Source: Nemertoderma westbladi (lineage: Eukaryota > Animalia > Xenacoelomorpha). Taken from it: 64,000 nucleotides of DNA. Position 1 is the stretch's first letter. Each line of letters starts with the position of its first letter. The stretch is taken from NCBI GenBank assembly GCA_032718475.1, contig JAUCBJ010008926.1, positions 1 through 64,000 of the forward strand, in the 5' to 3' direction. Shown here in pieces: positions 23,501 through 35,866 of this stretch. A model generated the notes under the pieces. That model saw only the letters and a list, made by a program, of their open reading frames with translations. It ran no database searches and had not been told where the DNA came from. The position numbers were made by a program, and so were the translations under genes.

Positions 23501-25189
23501 AATAACAGCAACATATACTGTAATATATATAAATACAAGCAAAAACCAAACCCTACTTCTCGAATAATAACGTCAAAAACATTAGTTTTTTTATGGCAGA
23601 TATCGAAGGTAAATTTTAGAATACACATGGGCTATGAATGATGCGTATTGACTATTAATATTAGCAATTAAAAATAAATAAATAAATAAAAAGAATCTCT
23701 ACTACAGCAAGTGAAAGATCTTATGTCTCCACTACATGCTATCTCACTTATTTTAAAACCAAGGTCTTCAGACCACGAACTATCCATTGGCATATGGGAA
23801 TTGTTAAAGTGTGTGAAAGAAGCTAATTTTACTGAATCCTGCAGGAAAAAGAATCCTGCAATGACACCTCAATGATAGATATGAAGAGGGAATTAAAATC
23901 AGCAATATCGGTAATCCAGACACGTATGTGCTCCGGATCGAACTACAGATCGAACTACAGAATGCTTCATTGAGGGAACAGGTTAATACACTAAGGGATG
24001 ATGTTAACAACGAGCGCCTTAGTCGAATAGCCACGGCTGGGTCAACCCAAATGATTAGAAATACCACCCCCAGCAGGTGTAAATAATACGTTCGAGGGTT
24101 CAATCAAATCAACACCCCACCCACCACCCATATCTGATGATGAAACGTAGAGTGACGACTATATCTGTATTAGCTCTATTAGTTCACCTGACTCTGACCA
24201 CACACACAGTGGTCATGCATACAATTTATCACTGAGGAACAATAACCAAATAGCCAATACTCTAAATAATCCACCAGTACCTGGGAGACATTCTCCAGAA
24301 TACCATAAGTATAAGTACTGTTCTCCCATAAGAACGTATGGTGTCCCACCATAAGTACTGTTTAGTACATTACTCAGCCTTGAGTGACACGGAAAATAGG
24401 GTGAGGAACAACAGACAACAATCAAGGCCATTCAGCAGTACCAATGGCATAATAACCTCTTCAAATGGAACCAAAGAACAGATCCTAACAAGATTGAGAC
24501 GTAATAAAATTCATCGAGTTAGTATCGATTACACAAAGGCAGAACAAACATACCGTGATCGATACGATATAATTAATTCAATACAATTCAATATAAATTT
24601 AATCCTTCTTGTTGCACGCACCCAAACACCATAAACTGTGGTTATACAGTGTAAGTAATTACGAAAAAAGATGGTATGGTGTCAGGGAAGGGGAAATGTC
24701 AGGACACGGAGGCTAGCTAATAGCAGGGCTAATAGACGCTAGCCACCGGGGGGGGGGGGGGTGGTGGGGGGGGAGGGGGTGGGGGAGGAGGGGGGGGGGG
24801 GGGGTGAGGGAGGAGGGGGGGGGGGGGGGGGTGAGGGAGGGAGGTTACATCTGAATACTCATAATTTAGGATAGTTTTTATTAGTTTCGATTTTTATTAA
24901 TTATATTTTTGAACCGTGGGACTAATCTTGTAAATAGTTACTTATTGTATGTCAATAACAAGTGAGGTAACGTGTGATGGTGATTAACGTGTGAAGGTGA
25001 TTAATATCAAACGCGAGGAAAAAGTCAGCAGGACAAACAAAAAGGGGGACCCAAATATTGATGAGGACAAATGCACCCGATGGCACACAGCCTCGACAAC
25101 TCCCATGTTTGATTCCTGCAAGCACAAACCTAAAGACTACTCTCCTAGAAGCGGAAATAATTCTGGACACTCGAGCTCTAAGTTGGAAT

Positions 25190-28100
25190 GAAAATTTCCC
25201 GGAAGCCGAAAATTCACCCCAATATATATAACAGGAATACACAGAAAATATACTGAAGATCAAGTGCTCGAACATCTTAATATCAGAGGCATAGAGACTG
25301 GCCGCATAACCACACGAATAATTGGGAATTCACAGTGTATGAAGGTTACAATTGACTTCATGAATCTCCCACAAGTATTAGATGATAGATTCTGGCCTAA
25401 AGGGATCTCCTGCAGAGAGTGGATAAATTATAGTAATAATAACTGTTGATATGGTATACCTATCAGACAGGGTACAAGAGTGTCGGGATATCACAATCGG
25501 GTTTGACGCAGAAAAAAAGAGGATGAATAACACAAGAGGAGTACGACAAGTGATAACAATGTTCTCACCAACTCGACAGAATCTAGATTGTGTGGATTTG
25601 GTACATACAACTGTCATGGATTTCAGTCCAGTGCAGATTGTGTCTCGACCCTGCTAACTGAATGTCATATACTTGGAATCAGGAGCACTGGCTCGACAAC
25701 ATTGGGTGTAAAGAGACTCTAAACGAGTTCCATAGTAACTTCTTCTGCGAATACATAACTAGCAATTTAATGCTGAATGGGTGCCGCACATGCGGTGCAG
25801 GTGGTGTTGCATTATTATTTTCCAAGGATATCATCAATAACTAGTCATGGGTCGAATCAGGAGATGACATGTCATATTAATATGACATTATTAATTGATG
25901 CCAGGCATGCTGCATTGCAGCTGCATTTTTAAGAATGCTGTGCCGGCTTGTCGACAAAATTGCGCCGCCACAACTCCCTATCACCCATGACATTTGCTAG
26001 ATCATCCGCATCTTCAAGGCCTTTATGAGTCCTTTATGATGGGTCTCAAGAAAGTCATGGGCTGTCCACCATGCTTATTCACTCCATGAGGCGAGGCTGC
26101 CAAAGTACAAGATTATGCACTGGCTGGTCGTCACGGCGAAAGCAATGTCCTGCAAAGCGGAGGCGATTTTGTTCTAGTGTTAAGCTTGGGGGAACCAATG
26201 AGACACCTCCAATGTTATATAGTGTCTGGTTGGAGATGTGTGCATTGTGCTTGACACAATGAACCCGGCGTAGCATTCTTGTGAATGTGCCATCCAGAGA
26301 TTTGGTGTCCTCAGCAGTTAGAGCCCAGCATGGACACCCATAGAGGAGTACTGGAACTACTGCTGCTCTAAATAATCGGACCTTAAGTATCCGATTAATT
26401 CTCGGTGACTTCCAAATCCTGGAAAGCCTATTCAAGGCTGCCCATGCGTATTCCAAGATCCTCACCTGACTTCCGGATCCATGATCCCAGGTAACAGAAG
26501 TCGTCCACATGCTCAAGCATACCATCCTTTGAGCTTATGCTCATCCGATCAGAGACTTGCTGAGGACTTTCAAAGTTAACTGTCAAAATTTTGGTCTTTC
26601 TGGAGTTAATAAAAAGACCAACACTAGAAGCAGCATGTTCTAATGAGCTGAGTAGCCGTTGGGCTCCCACTAGTGATTGTGAGAGTACTCCTAAGTCATC
26701 AGCAAAGTCTAGATCAGTTAGGTACTTGGCAGGATTTCCTCGACTTCTGGAGCCAGTAGGTGGAGTTATCATCACCCCATCATCATTATGATGATCTAAG
26801 GACATGCGTAGAACATAGTCAACCACAATTATGAATAAGAATGGTGCAAGCGTGTCTCCTTGGAGGACGCAACATAACACTTCAAATGGTTCTGTGTCAC
26901 CATCAACAGTAGACACAAATGTTGTAGAACCATCGTATACTGATCTGATTGCTGTAATAATTTCCCATGGGAATCCCATATAATGAATGTATGGATCGAC
27001 TTAATAGCATGGTAGAGGAGTACAGCAATGCTATCCCCATTATTCTAATGGACTCGAATGCAGATCTCGGTCCACTACAAGGTAACAGTCACTGTCGGAC
27101 TTTTTCTTCTCCCCGTGGTTTCACTTTTAATAATTTTCTAAACAGAACTGACCTCACCGCCGTTGATACATACCAATTTGTTGAAGGACCCTGCTACTCT
27201 TTCTATCGCAACACTTGTGGCATCTCTTTTATTGATCATATCTTATGTACCCAGGAGATATCGGATATGTGCATCCGAAGAGAAGTCTTCAAGCCTAATC
27301 CTGTGAGCAATTTCTCAGATCACGTCCCAATTATTGTTCAGTTGGAAATTCCATTTCCTCTTATCCAAACAACTATTCCCGTGGTAGGTGAGCATGACAT
27401 TTCAATATATTATAATACGTAATACGTTATTATTCTATAACACAAATTTTCCTGAAGTTCAACGATTTAATAATGGGAACCTCCATAAAAATTAGCTACG
27501 GACTTAAACAAGGTAGTTTATTATCTCCAAGTTTATTTAACATATACATAACAGACATATTTGAGTCTCTCGAAAGCGACGGAATTGGGTGCAGTATTGG
27601 TGATTTGTGGGTAGGATGTCTTAATTACGCAGATGACCTTCTACTACTTGCCACATCCCTGAAAGACTTTGAAACAGTGGCACAGATCATCAACACCAAG
27701 ACCAAAGAACTCAAATTGAGAGTTCCAAATCAAAGTGGATATACTCCGGCAGTCCTAGTGTCTCCCCCATGCTCCTTAATATTGGAGAAAACTTGATCCA
27801 GCGATCTGAACAAATTGAATTTCTCGGTTTTACATTACAATGTGGCAAGCTGGATGCCCTTAACTGTCGAAGCAATCACTTGTTATATTAAGCGAAACTT
27901 TCCATAGACATGGCTGGACAACTAGATATCTATACTGTGATACATTAGGACATCTATGGAATACAATAGCTGTGCCCGCTGCCCTACAGTATATAACCTT
28001 CAATTCCTAATAGGTGCATTAAATATGACGCAGCTCCATGAACTGGATGGTTTCTATCTTAAACTACAGCGCGGTCTGTGCTGCCCTGGTTCATATGTCC

Positions 28101-28705
28101 CCGGACCATCTATATATAGAATAATGAATTGCCAACCTATCTCAATTGACGAGTTCCGTGCGAATATCGGTACTCTAATACGTATATCAAATTGTCCGAA
28201 CATACCCTCTAAACATCCTTACGTCGACTAGTGTTCGCTAACAACGGCTCCTACAGATACCAAGGATTGGTGAGCGGTTTTAGACTCGCTCGAATATCAT
28301 AACCACTCCCACAACTAAACTCTATTCCCATGTACACATACTCAAAACAGAATTTACTGTCCCGTGTCACAATTGCCAGTCCATCATTAAGTGACATCCT
28401 TAACGCAGACTTCGTGACAAACTTTTTAAAAACGGGCAACATCACATTTGTGACAAATCGGCGACTGATACTGGACCATTTTAACATAATATAAGATGAT
28501 TTTAGTGATACTGGAGCTTTTTAATCTAAATTGTGATAGTTTTACTTTGAGTGTATTGTACCTTGACCTTCCATGATAATTTATATGGCTTTGTATATAA
28601 TCTGTATTTATTTTTATTGTTTGATTCGTCGATGTGTCAATATTTAGTTAATTAAGTTTGTTTCAGCCCCATCGTGCACCTTTTACAATGCTAATATAAA
28701 ATAAA
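25190..28705 (+). mobile_element. Degenerate RTEX/CR1-like LINE (ORF1 end, endonuclease, RT), interrupted by an RTE-like insertion
   Basis: ORF1-like FWPKGISCREW; endonuclease QEHWL, GGVALLF, DSNAD, IDHI, SDHVPI; RT KQGSLLSPSLFNIYI, YADD; AATAAA at ~28699. Confidence 0.8.
25900..26969 (-). mobile_element. 5'-truncated RTE-like LINE
   Basis: QGDTLAPFLF, DLDFADDL, YLGS, PVLLYG, RLRFAGHCFR. Confidence 0.9.
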
Positions 28706-30574
28706 TGCCAGCTTGACTGGTCTGCGCCCCCGAGTTATTATGTACTTCTATTGAACACAAACTTATACATGTTATCCAGCAACATGCTGTTAGCTCTTCG
28801 TCCTTAAATGGTCATAGGAACTACGCCACATCTTAGCAACCAACAACCTCGAGTTTAGTTCGAATAATCCCGAGGATATCCCGCACATTCTCCATGAGTA
28901 GTGGTGCGATCGAAACTAAGAATGGAAGTTAACTTAAAAAAGTATAACCTAGACCTAACTTGGTAACAAGATAACTATCTGGCCAGGGCTATTTTACAAT
29001 GTGATTGGCCGGGGGTCATTTTAGAAATTTTTTAGATCATGGCTCAAAAAATAAAATGTTGATAGTATAAGTGTTATCAAGGTCGCTGATCACGAAAAAA
29101 CTTGTTAAAAATATTTATTTTCTGACAGTGCAACCATCACCTTTGGTGCTATTTTGGTGCTACGAAAAGTACAAGTAAAAAAAATGCCAAACTAAACATT
29201 TTGAGTTTGGTGTTTGATAATTCCGAACGTATATGGGTTTTCGAGGTCGCTGATCATGATGAAAGTAATTATAAATATTTCTGGTATGTGCAAACCCAAT
29301 TTTGGTGCTATTCTGATGCCCCAGAACGAAAATTACAATAAGCAAAAATTTCAAACTGTTAAATTTTGTCTTTGGTTTTGTAATTCTGAAGCTATACTGG
29401 TTTTCAAAGCCGCTGATAACGATACAACTCGTTAAAAATAATTCGTGGTAACGCAACTATCGTTTTTGGTGTTTGTCTGGTGGGACGAAAAATACAAGTA
29501 GCATAAAATTTCAAACGGCAAAAATCAAATTTGGTTGGATAAAACGTCATATTCGTGATCAGCATTCCAGAAAACCCATAATGTCATAAAACCAGGTTGA
29601 TTCCGGTAATGATTTTTGATTATCTAATTTGTGCTACTTATATTTTTTGTGCCGCACATTGACATTGACACGTATTCCAAAAAGCCGTAATTAACAAGGT
29701 GCGATATTTTTCAGTGTCATATTCCTGATCAGCATCACAAATATCCACATGGTCATAAAGTCAATTTGTTTTCGTTGTAATTTTTCTTTATCATATTTCC
29801 GCTACTTGTTTTTTTCGCGCTCCAGAGGCACAAATAACAGACTAATAATTAATATAACAACATGCCTGCCTATGTTGTTATATTACACAACTCTTTGATA
29901 TGTTTGATGAAGAGGAAAAATCCTTCCCAATGAAATCGGCACATTCTAAAACCTCAGTAGCCAAACTGTATGGCCAATTTACCACTTTTGAAAAAAGTGC
30001 TACTTGTACTTTTGGTGCTTTTTTAGTATCTATTGATAAAAAAATGAAAATTTTGCTTCTAATCTCGCTTTCGATTACTAATAATGAATTCAACAAACCA
30101 AAAAAGCATAGAATGGTTTCATGGTTATACCGAAGTCTTTGAAGGGTGATGTATTTTGTGTAATTGTTTTTTTTTCTTTGTCTTTTTCTTAGGTTTCATA
30201 TTTAGTATATACCTTGAAATGGGAAAATATGTCGTTACAACAAAAAGTGCAGTAAGACCAGTAAGTACAGTAAGACCAGCTCATTCAAATGTTTGAAACT
30301 TGACCAAAATTGACTGTACAGCTACATAGATTGGTTTTAAAGTGCGCAGTAGGCGTTGTTGGTTTGGGAAAGTGTTGATTATATAATTTAAAATAAATTA
30401 AGAAGTGTATTTAATATTTTGTTACATTATGTCAACTTAACAGCGTTCTGGTGAATTACTCGGAACGCTGCAAAGTACTACTTTGCAGAGTTGCGGCCTA
30501 TAGGACGGAACGCTGCAAAGTAATAAATGATATGGAAACAACTTCAATCACCGTATTCCAGAACATATATTAAG

Positions 30575-31850
30575 AACACGAAGTGGGGCCTTCGCGCAGC
30601 ACGTGACTTAAATTTAATTTAAGTACTAATTCGAAAGTATTACTGTATTAGCAAATTTTAAGCAGATTTCGCCTAATCACTTTTTACCTCTTTCATTTCT
30701 ATTCAGACATTTCTGACTCTAGCGGTATAGTGAGAACTGAAGATGGATTAGGGTCTCCAGCCCCACAAAGACACAGCCTATGGATGAATAGTACATACGT
30801 ACATCGGCCAAGTTTCATCTTGAATAACGGATAACGAAATGAGAGACGGATCTCACTTTCAGAAATTTCGTCGTATAGCGGCAGACCGATTAAATCTCCC
30901 CCCCCCCCCCCCCCCCCCCCACAAAGACGCAGCATGTGGTCCAGAATATATGGCAAGATTCAGCTTAAACTGATTAAAATCAATGAGACGGGAGAATCTA
31001 TTCACTTTCAGGCATAAAGTAGTCCTATAGCGGGTGACTGTTGAACTGATTTTCAACAAAACAAATTTTCAACTTGGCAGCTTTAAATTCGACAAAGTTA
31101 TAAGCATGTCAATATCATAACGACGACAACGATTTCACTTTCAGACATTTGGCCCTCTAGCGGCAGACTGGAGAACTGCAGATGGATTCGCCTCCTTTGA
31201 AAGTCACAGCTAATGGTCTAATACATATCTGCCAAGTTTCAGCTTAAACGGATTAAAAGCAAAGAAATGGGAGGGCATTTAATGTTTAGACATGTGGCCC
31301 TCTAGCGGGAGACCATTGCACTGATGGTGTCTGAAAGTCTCTCAAAAATCTCAACTTTAGCTCATATTGATACCTACAAATTTTCAACTTGGCAGCTTTA
31401 AATCCGACAAAGTTATTAGCATGTCAAAATCGTAACGACGACAACGATTTCACTTTCAGACCTTTGGCCCTCTAGCGGCAGACTGGAGAACTGCAGATGG
31501 ATTCGCCTCCTTTGAAAGTCACAGCTAATGGTCTAATACAAATCTGCCAAGTTTCAGCTTAAACGGATTAAAAGCAAAGAAATGGGAGGGCATTTAATGT
31601 TTAGACATGTGGCCCTCTAGCGGGAGACCATTGCACTGATGGTGTCTGAAAGTCTCTCAAAAATCTCAACTTTTGCTCATATTGATACCTACAAATTTTC
31701 AACTTGGCAGCTTTAAATCCGACAAAGTTATTAGCATGTCAAAATCGTAACGACGACGACGACGACGACGACAACTATTTGCATAAATTGACCCACCCCC
31801 TAACAGTGTCAATTCGCTAAGGCTCCGCCAACTTCGTGGCTCGCCCCACA
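30575..31850 (-). mobile_element. Helentron-associated (HINE/DINE-1-like) non-autonomous element, copy 1
   Basis: Ends CACGAAGTGGGGC...ACTTCGTGGCTCGCCCCACA (subterminal inverted repeats); (GAC)n microsatellite; 315-bp internal subunit duplicated; no coding capacity. Confidence 0.65.
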
Positions 31851-31981
31851 TTATTTCCATTTACGTTAATTAATGAGTGCTGCTTTATTATCCAGTTTGC
31901 AGTGACAGGACTAGCTACTGTATGTAAATAATTGTTTAACGTGTACTGTAAAATCCATTATAGCGAAACCTCCACTAGAAG

Positions 31982-32974
31982 ACACGAAGTGGGGCCTTCG
32001 CGCAGCACGTGACTTAAATTTAATTTAAGTACTAATTCGAAAGTATTACTGTATTAGCAAATTTTAAGCAGATTTCGCCTAATCACTTTTTACCTCTTTC
32101 ATTTCTATTCAGACATTTCTGACTCTAGCGGTATAGTGAGAACTGAAGATGGATTAGGGTCTCCAGCCCCACAAAGACACAGCCTATGGATGAATAGTAC
32201 ATACGTACATCGGCCAAGTTTCATCTTGAATAACGGATAACGAAATGAGAGACGGATCTCACTTTCAGAAATTTCGTCGTATAGCGGCAGACCGATTAAA
32301 TCTCCCCCCCCCCCCCCCCCCCCACATAGACGCAGCATGTGGTCCAGAATATATGGCAAGATTCAGCTTAAACTGATTAAAATCAATGAGACGGGAGAAT
32401 CTATTCACTTTCAGGCATAAAGTAGTCCTATAGCGGGTGACTGTTGAACTGATTTTCAACAAAACAAATTTTCAACTTGGCAGCTTTAAATTCGACAAAG
32501 TTATAAGCATGTCAATATCATAACGACGACAACAATTTCACTTTCAGACATTTGGCCCTCTAGCGGCAGACTGGAGAACTGCAGATGGATTCGCCTCCTT
32601 TGAAAGTCACAGCTAATGGTCTAATACATATCTGCCAAGTTTCAGCTTAAACGGATTAAAAGCAAAGAAATGGGAGGGCATTTAATGTTTAGACATGTGG
32701 CCCTCTAGCGGGAGACCATTGCACTGATGGTGTCTGAAAGTCTCTCAAAAATCTCAACTTTTGCTCATATTGATACCTACAAATTTTCAACTTGGCAGCT
32801 TTAAATCCGACAAAGTTATTAGCATGTCAAAATCGTAACGACGACGACGACGACGACGACAACGACGACGACGACAACGACGACGACGACGACGACAACT
32901 ATTTGCATAAATTGACCGACCCCCTAACAGTGTCAATTCGCTAAGGCTCCGCCAACTTCGTGGCTCGCCCCACA
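31982..32974 (-). mobile_element. HINE/DINE-1-like element, copy 2 (one fewer 315-bp subunit)
   Basis: Near-identical to 30575-31850, with a longer (GAC)n tract. Confidence 0.65.
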
Positions 32975-33317
32975 CTAAAATGACTATAGAAAATGGCGAC
33001 AGTGTTCAGTAAAACTGAACTATTATTTTCAAGAAAAATTACGCGGTTCCTAAATTTGTACACTACCCGGTTAAAAAGTACGCATGTGATGGGATTAGTC
33101 CTACAATTGCGCCAATAAAAGATAAGTTATTTTCGGTAAAATAAACTTATCATTCGAGGTTAAGACCCCTAGATCCCTTCTTATAATAAAATGTATAATA
33201 ACAAACACCTCGAAAAATACAGCTTGCCAACACATTGTTACTATCAATAATCAAAAATCAGGGGCTAATAAAATGGCAGCTGTCTTTGAAATTAATACTC
33301 CATATCTCAAGAACCTG

Positions 33318-33370
33318 TGGCCTAGTGGTTGTAGTCTCGGCTTCCGCCTCGAGGTCCCAGGTTCGAATCC
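33318..33370 (+). promoter_or_regulatory. tRNA-derived internal Pol III promoter (repeated at +412, +824, +1236)
   Basis: A box TGGCCTAGTGG at 33318-33328; B box GGTTCGAATCC at 33360-33370. Confidence 0.8.
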
Positions 33371-33373
33371 GAC

Positions 33374-33416
33374 ACCACGCTGATGAGACCCAGTAAGGTC
33401 GAAACGCGTACGTGGT
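33374..33416 (+). ncRNA. Type I hammerhead ribozyme, copy 1
   Basis: Stem I ACCACG/CGTGGT; core CTGATGA; stem II GACC-CAGTAA-GGTC; GAAA; palindromic minimal stem III ACGCGT; predicted cleavage after GTA (33410). Confidence 0.92.
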
Positions 33417-33785
33417 TTGGAGAGATATGAGATATTAATTTCAAGAAAAATTACGCGATTCCTAAATTTGTACACTACCCGGTTAAAAAGTACGCATGTG
33501 ATGGGATTAGTCCTACAATTGCGCCAATAAAAGATAAGTTATTTTCGGTAAAATAAACTTATCATTCGAGGTTAAGACCCCTAGATCCCTTCTTATAATA
33601 AAATGTATAATAACAAACACCTCGAAAAATACAGCTTGCCAACACATTGTTACTATCAATAATCAAAAATCAGGGGCTAATAAAATGGCAGCTGTCTTTG
33701 AAATTAATACTCCATATCTCAAGAACCTGTGGCCTAGTGGTTGTAGTCTCGGCTTCCGCCTCGAGGTCCCAGGTTCGAATCCGAC

Positions 33786-33828
33786 ACCACGCTGATGAGA
33801 CCCAGTAAGGTCGAAACGCGTACGTGGT
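33786..33828 (+). ncRNA. Type I hammerhead ribozyme, copy 2
   Basis: Identical to 33374-33416. Confidence 0.92.
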
Positions 33829-34197
33829 TTGGAGAGATATGAGATATTAATTTCAAGAAAAATTACGCGATTCCTAAATTTGTACACTACCCGGTTAAAA
33901 AGTACGCATGTGATGGGATTAGTCCTACAATTGCGCCAATAAAAGATAAGTTATTTTCGGTAAAATAAACTTATCATTCGAGGTTAAGACCCCTAGATCC
34001 CTTCTTATAATAAAATGTATAATAACAAACACCTCGAAAAATACAGCTTGCCAACACATTGTTACTATCAATAATCAAAAATCAGGGGCTAATAAAATGG
34101 CAGCTGTCTTTGAAATTAATACTCCATATCTCAAGAACCTGTGGCCTAGTGGTTGTAGTCTCGGCTTCCGCCTCGAGGTCCCAGGTTCGAATCCGAC

Positions 34198-34240
34198 ACC
34201 ACGCTGATGAGACCCAGTAAGGTCGAAACGCGTACGTGGT
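34198..34240 (+). ncRNA. Type I hammerhead ribozyme, copy 3
   Basis: Identical to 33374-33416. Confidence 0.92.
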
Positions 34241-34609
34241 TTGGAGAGATATGAGATATTAATTTCAAGAAAAATTACGCGATTCCTAAATTTGTACACT
34301 ACCCGGTTAAAAAGTACGCATGTGATGGGATTAGTCCTACAATTGCGCCAATAAAAGATAAGTTATTTTCGGTAAAATAAACTTATCATTCGAGGTTAAG
34401 ACCCCTAGATCCCTTCTTATAATAAAATGTATAATAACAAACACCTCGAAAAATACAGCTTGCCAACACATTGTTACTATCAATAATCAAAAATCAGGGG
34501 CTAATAAAATGGCAGCTGTCTTTGAAATTAATACTCCATATCTCAAGAACCTGTGGCCTAGTGGTTGTAGTCTCGGCTTCCGCCTCGAGGTCCCAGGTTC
34601 GAATCCGAC

Positions 34610-34652
34610 ACCACGCTGATGAGACCCAGTAAGGTCGAAACGCGTACGTGGT
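34610..34652 (+). ncRNA. Type I hammerhead ribozyme, copy 4
   Basis: Identical to 33374-33416. Confidence 0.92.
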
Positions 34653-35664
34653 TTGGAGAGATATGAGATATTAATTTCAAGAAAAATTACGCGATTCCTA
34701 AATTTGTACACTACCCGGTTAAAAAGTACGCATGTGATGGGATTAGTCCTACAATTGCGCCAATAAAAGATAAGTTATTTTCGGTAAAATAAACTTATCA
34801 TTCGAGGTTAAGACCCCTAGATCCCTTCTTATAATAAAATTCAGTAAAACTGAACGGACACAGACGGTGACTAAGTTTGCGTCAGTCGACTATAGTCAAG
34901 ATGCATTAATGAATTATCACATTCAAGCAGGAGATAACTTCCAATAAACTTTAATTAGATTTAAATGTATAATTAATACTGTGTACCTGTTAATAAATTT
35001 CACTTATATTCGATATAGTACATGATTAAAATGTTTAAATGAGCATCCATAAAATCCTTTCTTCACAAACCGAATGCTGATAAGTTGACATAATGTAACA
35101 AAATTAAATACATCATTGCTTGCAAAGGTCAAAATACCCTTGTTTATTTATATCAACCTCCCTCGCTGCGCTCGCTAGGTACATAAATAAAAACTCGTGT
35201 CATAACGCTGCAAAAGTGCTACTTTGCACACAATGATGTAAATAGTTATTGTTTACTTTAGATAAAGTGCAATTAACAAGTATTATTTTGAAAACGTAAC
35301 ATTCGTATATCATTAATTATTGCTCTACACAATATTCATATTCGGTGAAGTTGATACTAATAGTAAACCAGTCAACTGCCAAGTGGAAGAAACTAGTTGA
35401 AAATTACTAATATTATTAATATTATTATATTATTAAAATTATAGAAATTTATAACCTGGGCTTGGCCTATTTATTAAGAATTCGTATTATTAAAATTCTT
35501 AATAGTTCAGAAATTTATTCGGAAATTAAATCGCAGCAAATTTTGCGGGAGACCATATTACTCTATAACCATAAGTCTCGCTGTGAAGGACATGTTGTAA
35601 AAGTAATTATTTATTACTTGGAAAAAAAAGTAGAACCTTTTGTCACTATTATCGATATATTTCA

Positions 35665-35866
35665 AGGCTGGTTTACACGTGACAACTTTTGGAGCTACTT
35701 TCTCAGCCTCTTAGTGCGCACCTCAAGTTGCCGATCAAGTTTCTCCGTGCAAACACGAAGTTGCTGTAAAAAAAACTTGCCACGTTTTCTTTGCGAACAA
35801 GCTAAGTTGTTCAAAATTAAGTTTCTGAACAAGTTGCCCAAAACGTTGCCACGTGTGAACCGGCCT
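35665..35866. mobile_element. ~200-bp MITE (possibly PIF/Harbinger-like)
   Basis: Imperfect TIRs AGGCTGGTTTACACGTGACAAC / GTTGCCACGTGTGAACCGGCCT; no exact TSD. Confidence 0.6.

Larger units (their letters stand above)
33021..34840 (+). mobile_element. Retrozyme-like concatemer: ~4.4 x 412-bp units, each with a tRNA-like head and a hammerhead ribozyme
   Basis: 412-bp period, units essentially identical; flanked by direct repeat TTCAGTAAAACTGAAC (33005-33020, 34840-34855), present once in the empty copy at ~40990-41006. Confidence 0.9.
30416..35250. mobile_element. Dispersed non-autonomous repeat (~750 bp when empty) carrying three nested insertions
   Basis: Segments ~30416-30570, ~31851-31985, ~32975-33020 and ~34841-35250 together match the reverse complement of ~40581-41325; internal inverted repeats TTTTGTTACATTAT...ATAATGTAACAAAA. 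Confidence 0.85.

Noticed and set aside
24133-24150. CTGATGATGAAAC hammerhead-like core
   Set aside because: No stem II between CTGATGA and GAAA and no convincing stem I.
24747-24845. G-rich tract as a G-quadruplex element
   Set aside because: Low-complexity poly-G runs recur throughout the window and may include sequencing length errors.
30699-32975. Poly-Gly and poly-Arg ORFs (also 46073-46432)
   Set aside because: Translations of poly-C/G and (GAC)n tracts in a non-coding repeat.
33310-33380. Functional tRNA gene in the 412-bp unit
   Set aside because: A and B boxes are good but acceptor and anticodon stems do not form a canonical cloverleaf; treated as a tRNA-derived promoter.
33251-34711. 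Four identical 74-aa minus-strand ORFs
   Set aside because: Antisense by-products of the 412-bp repeat, with no protein motif.
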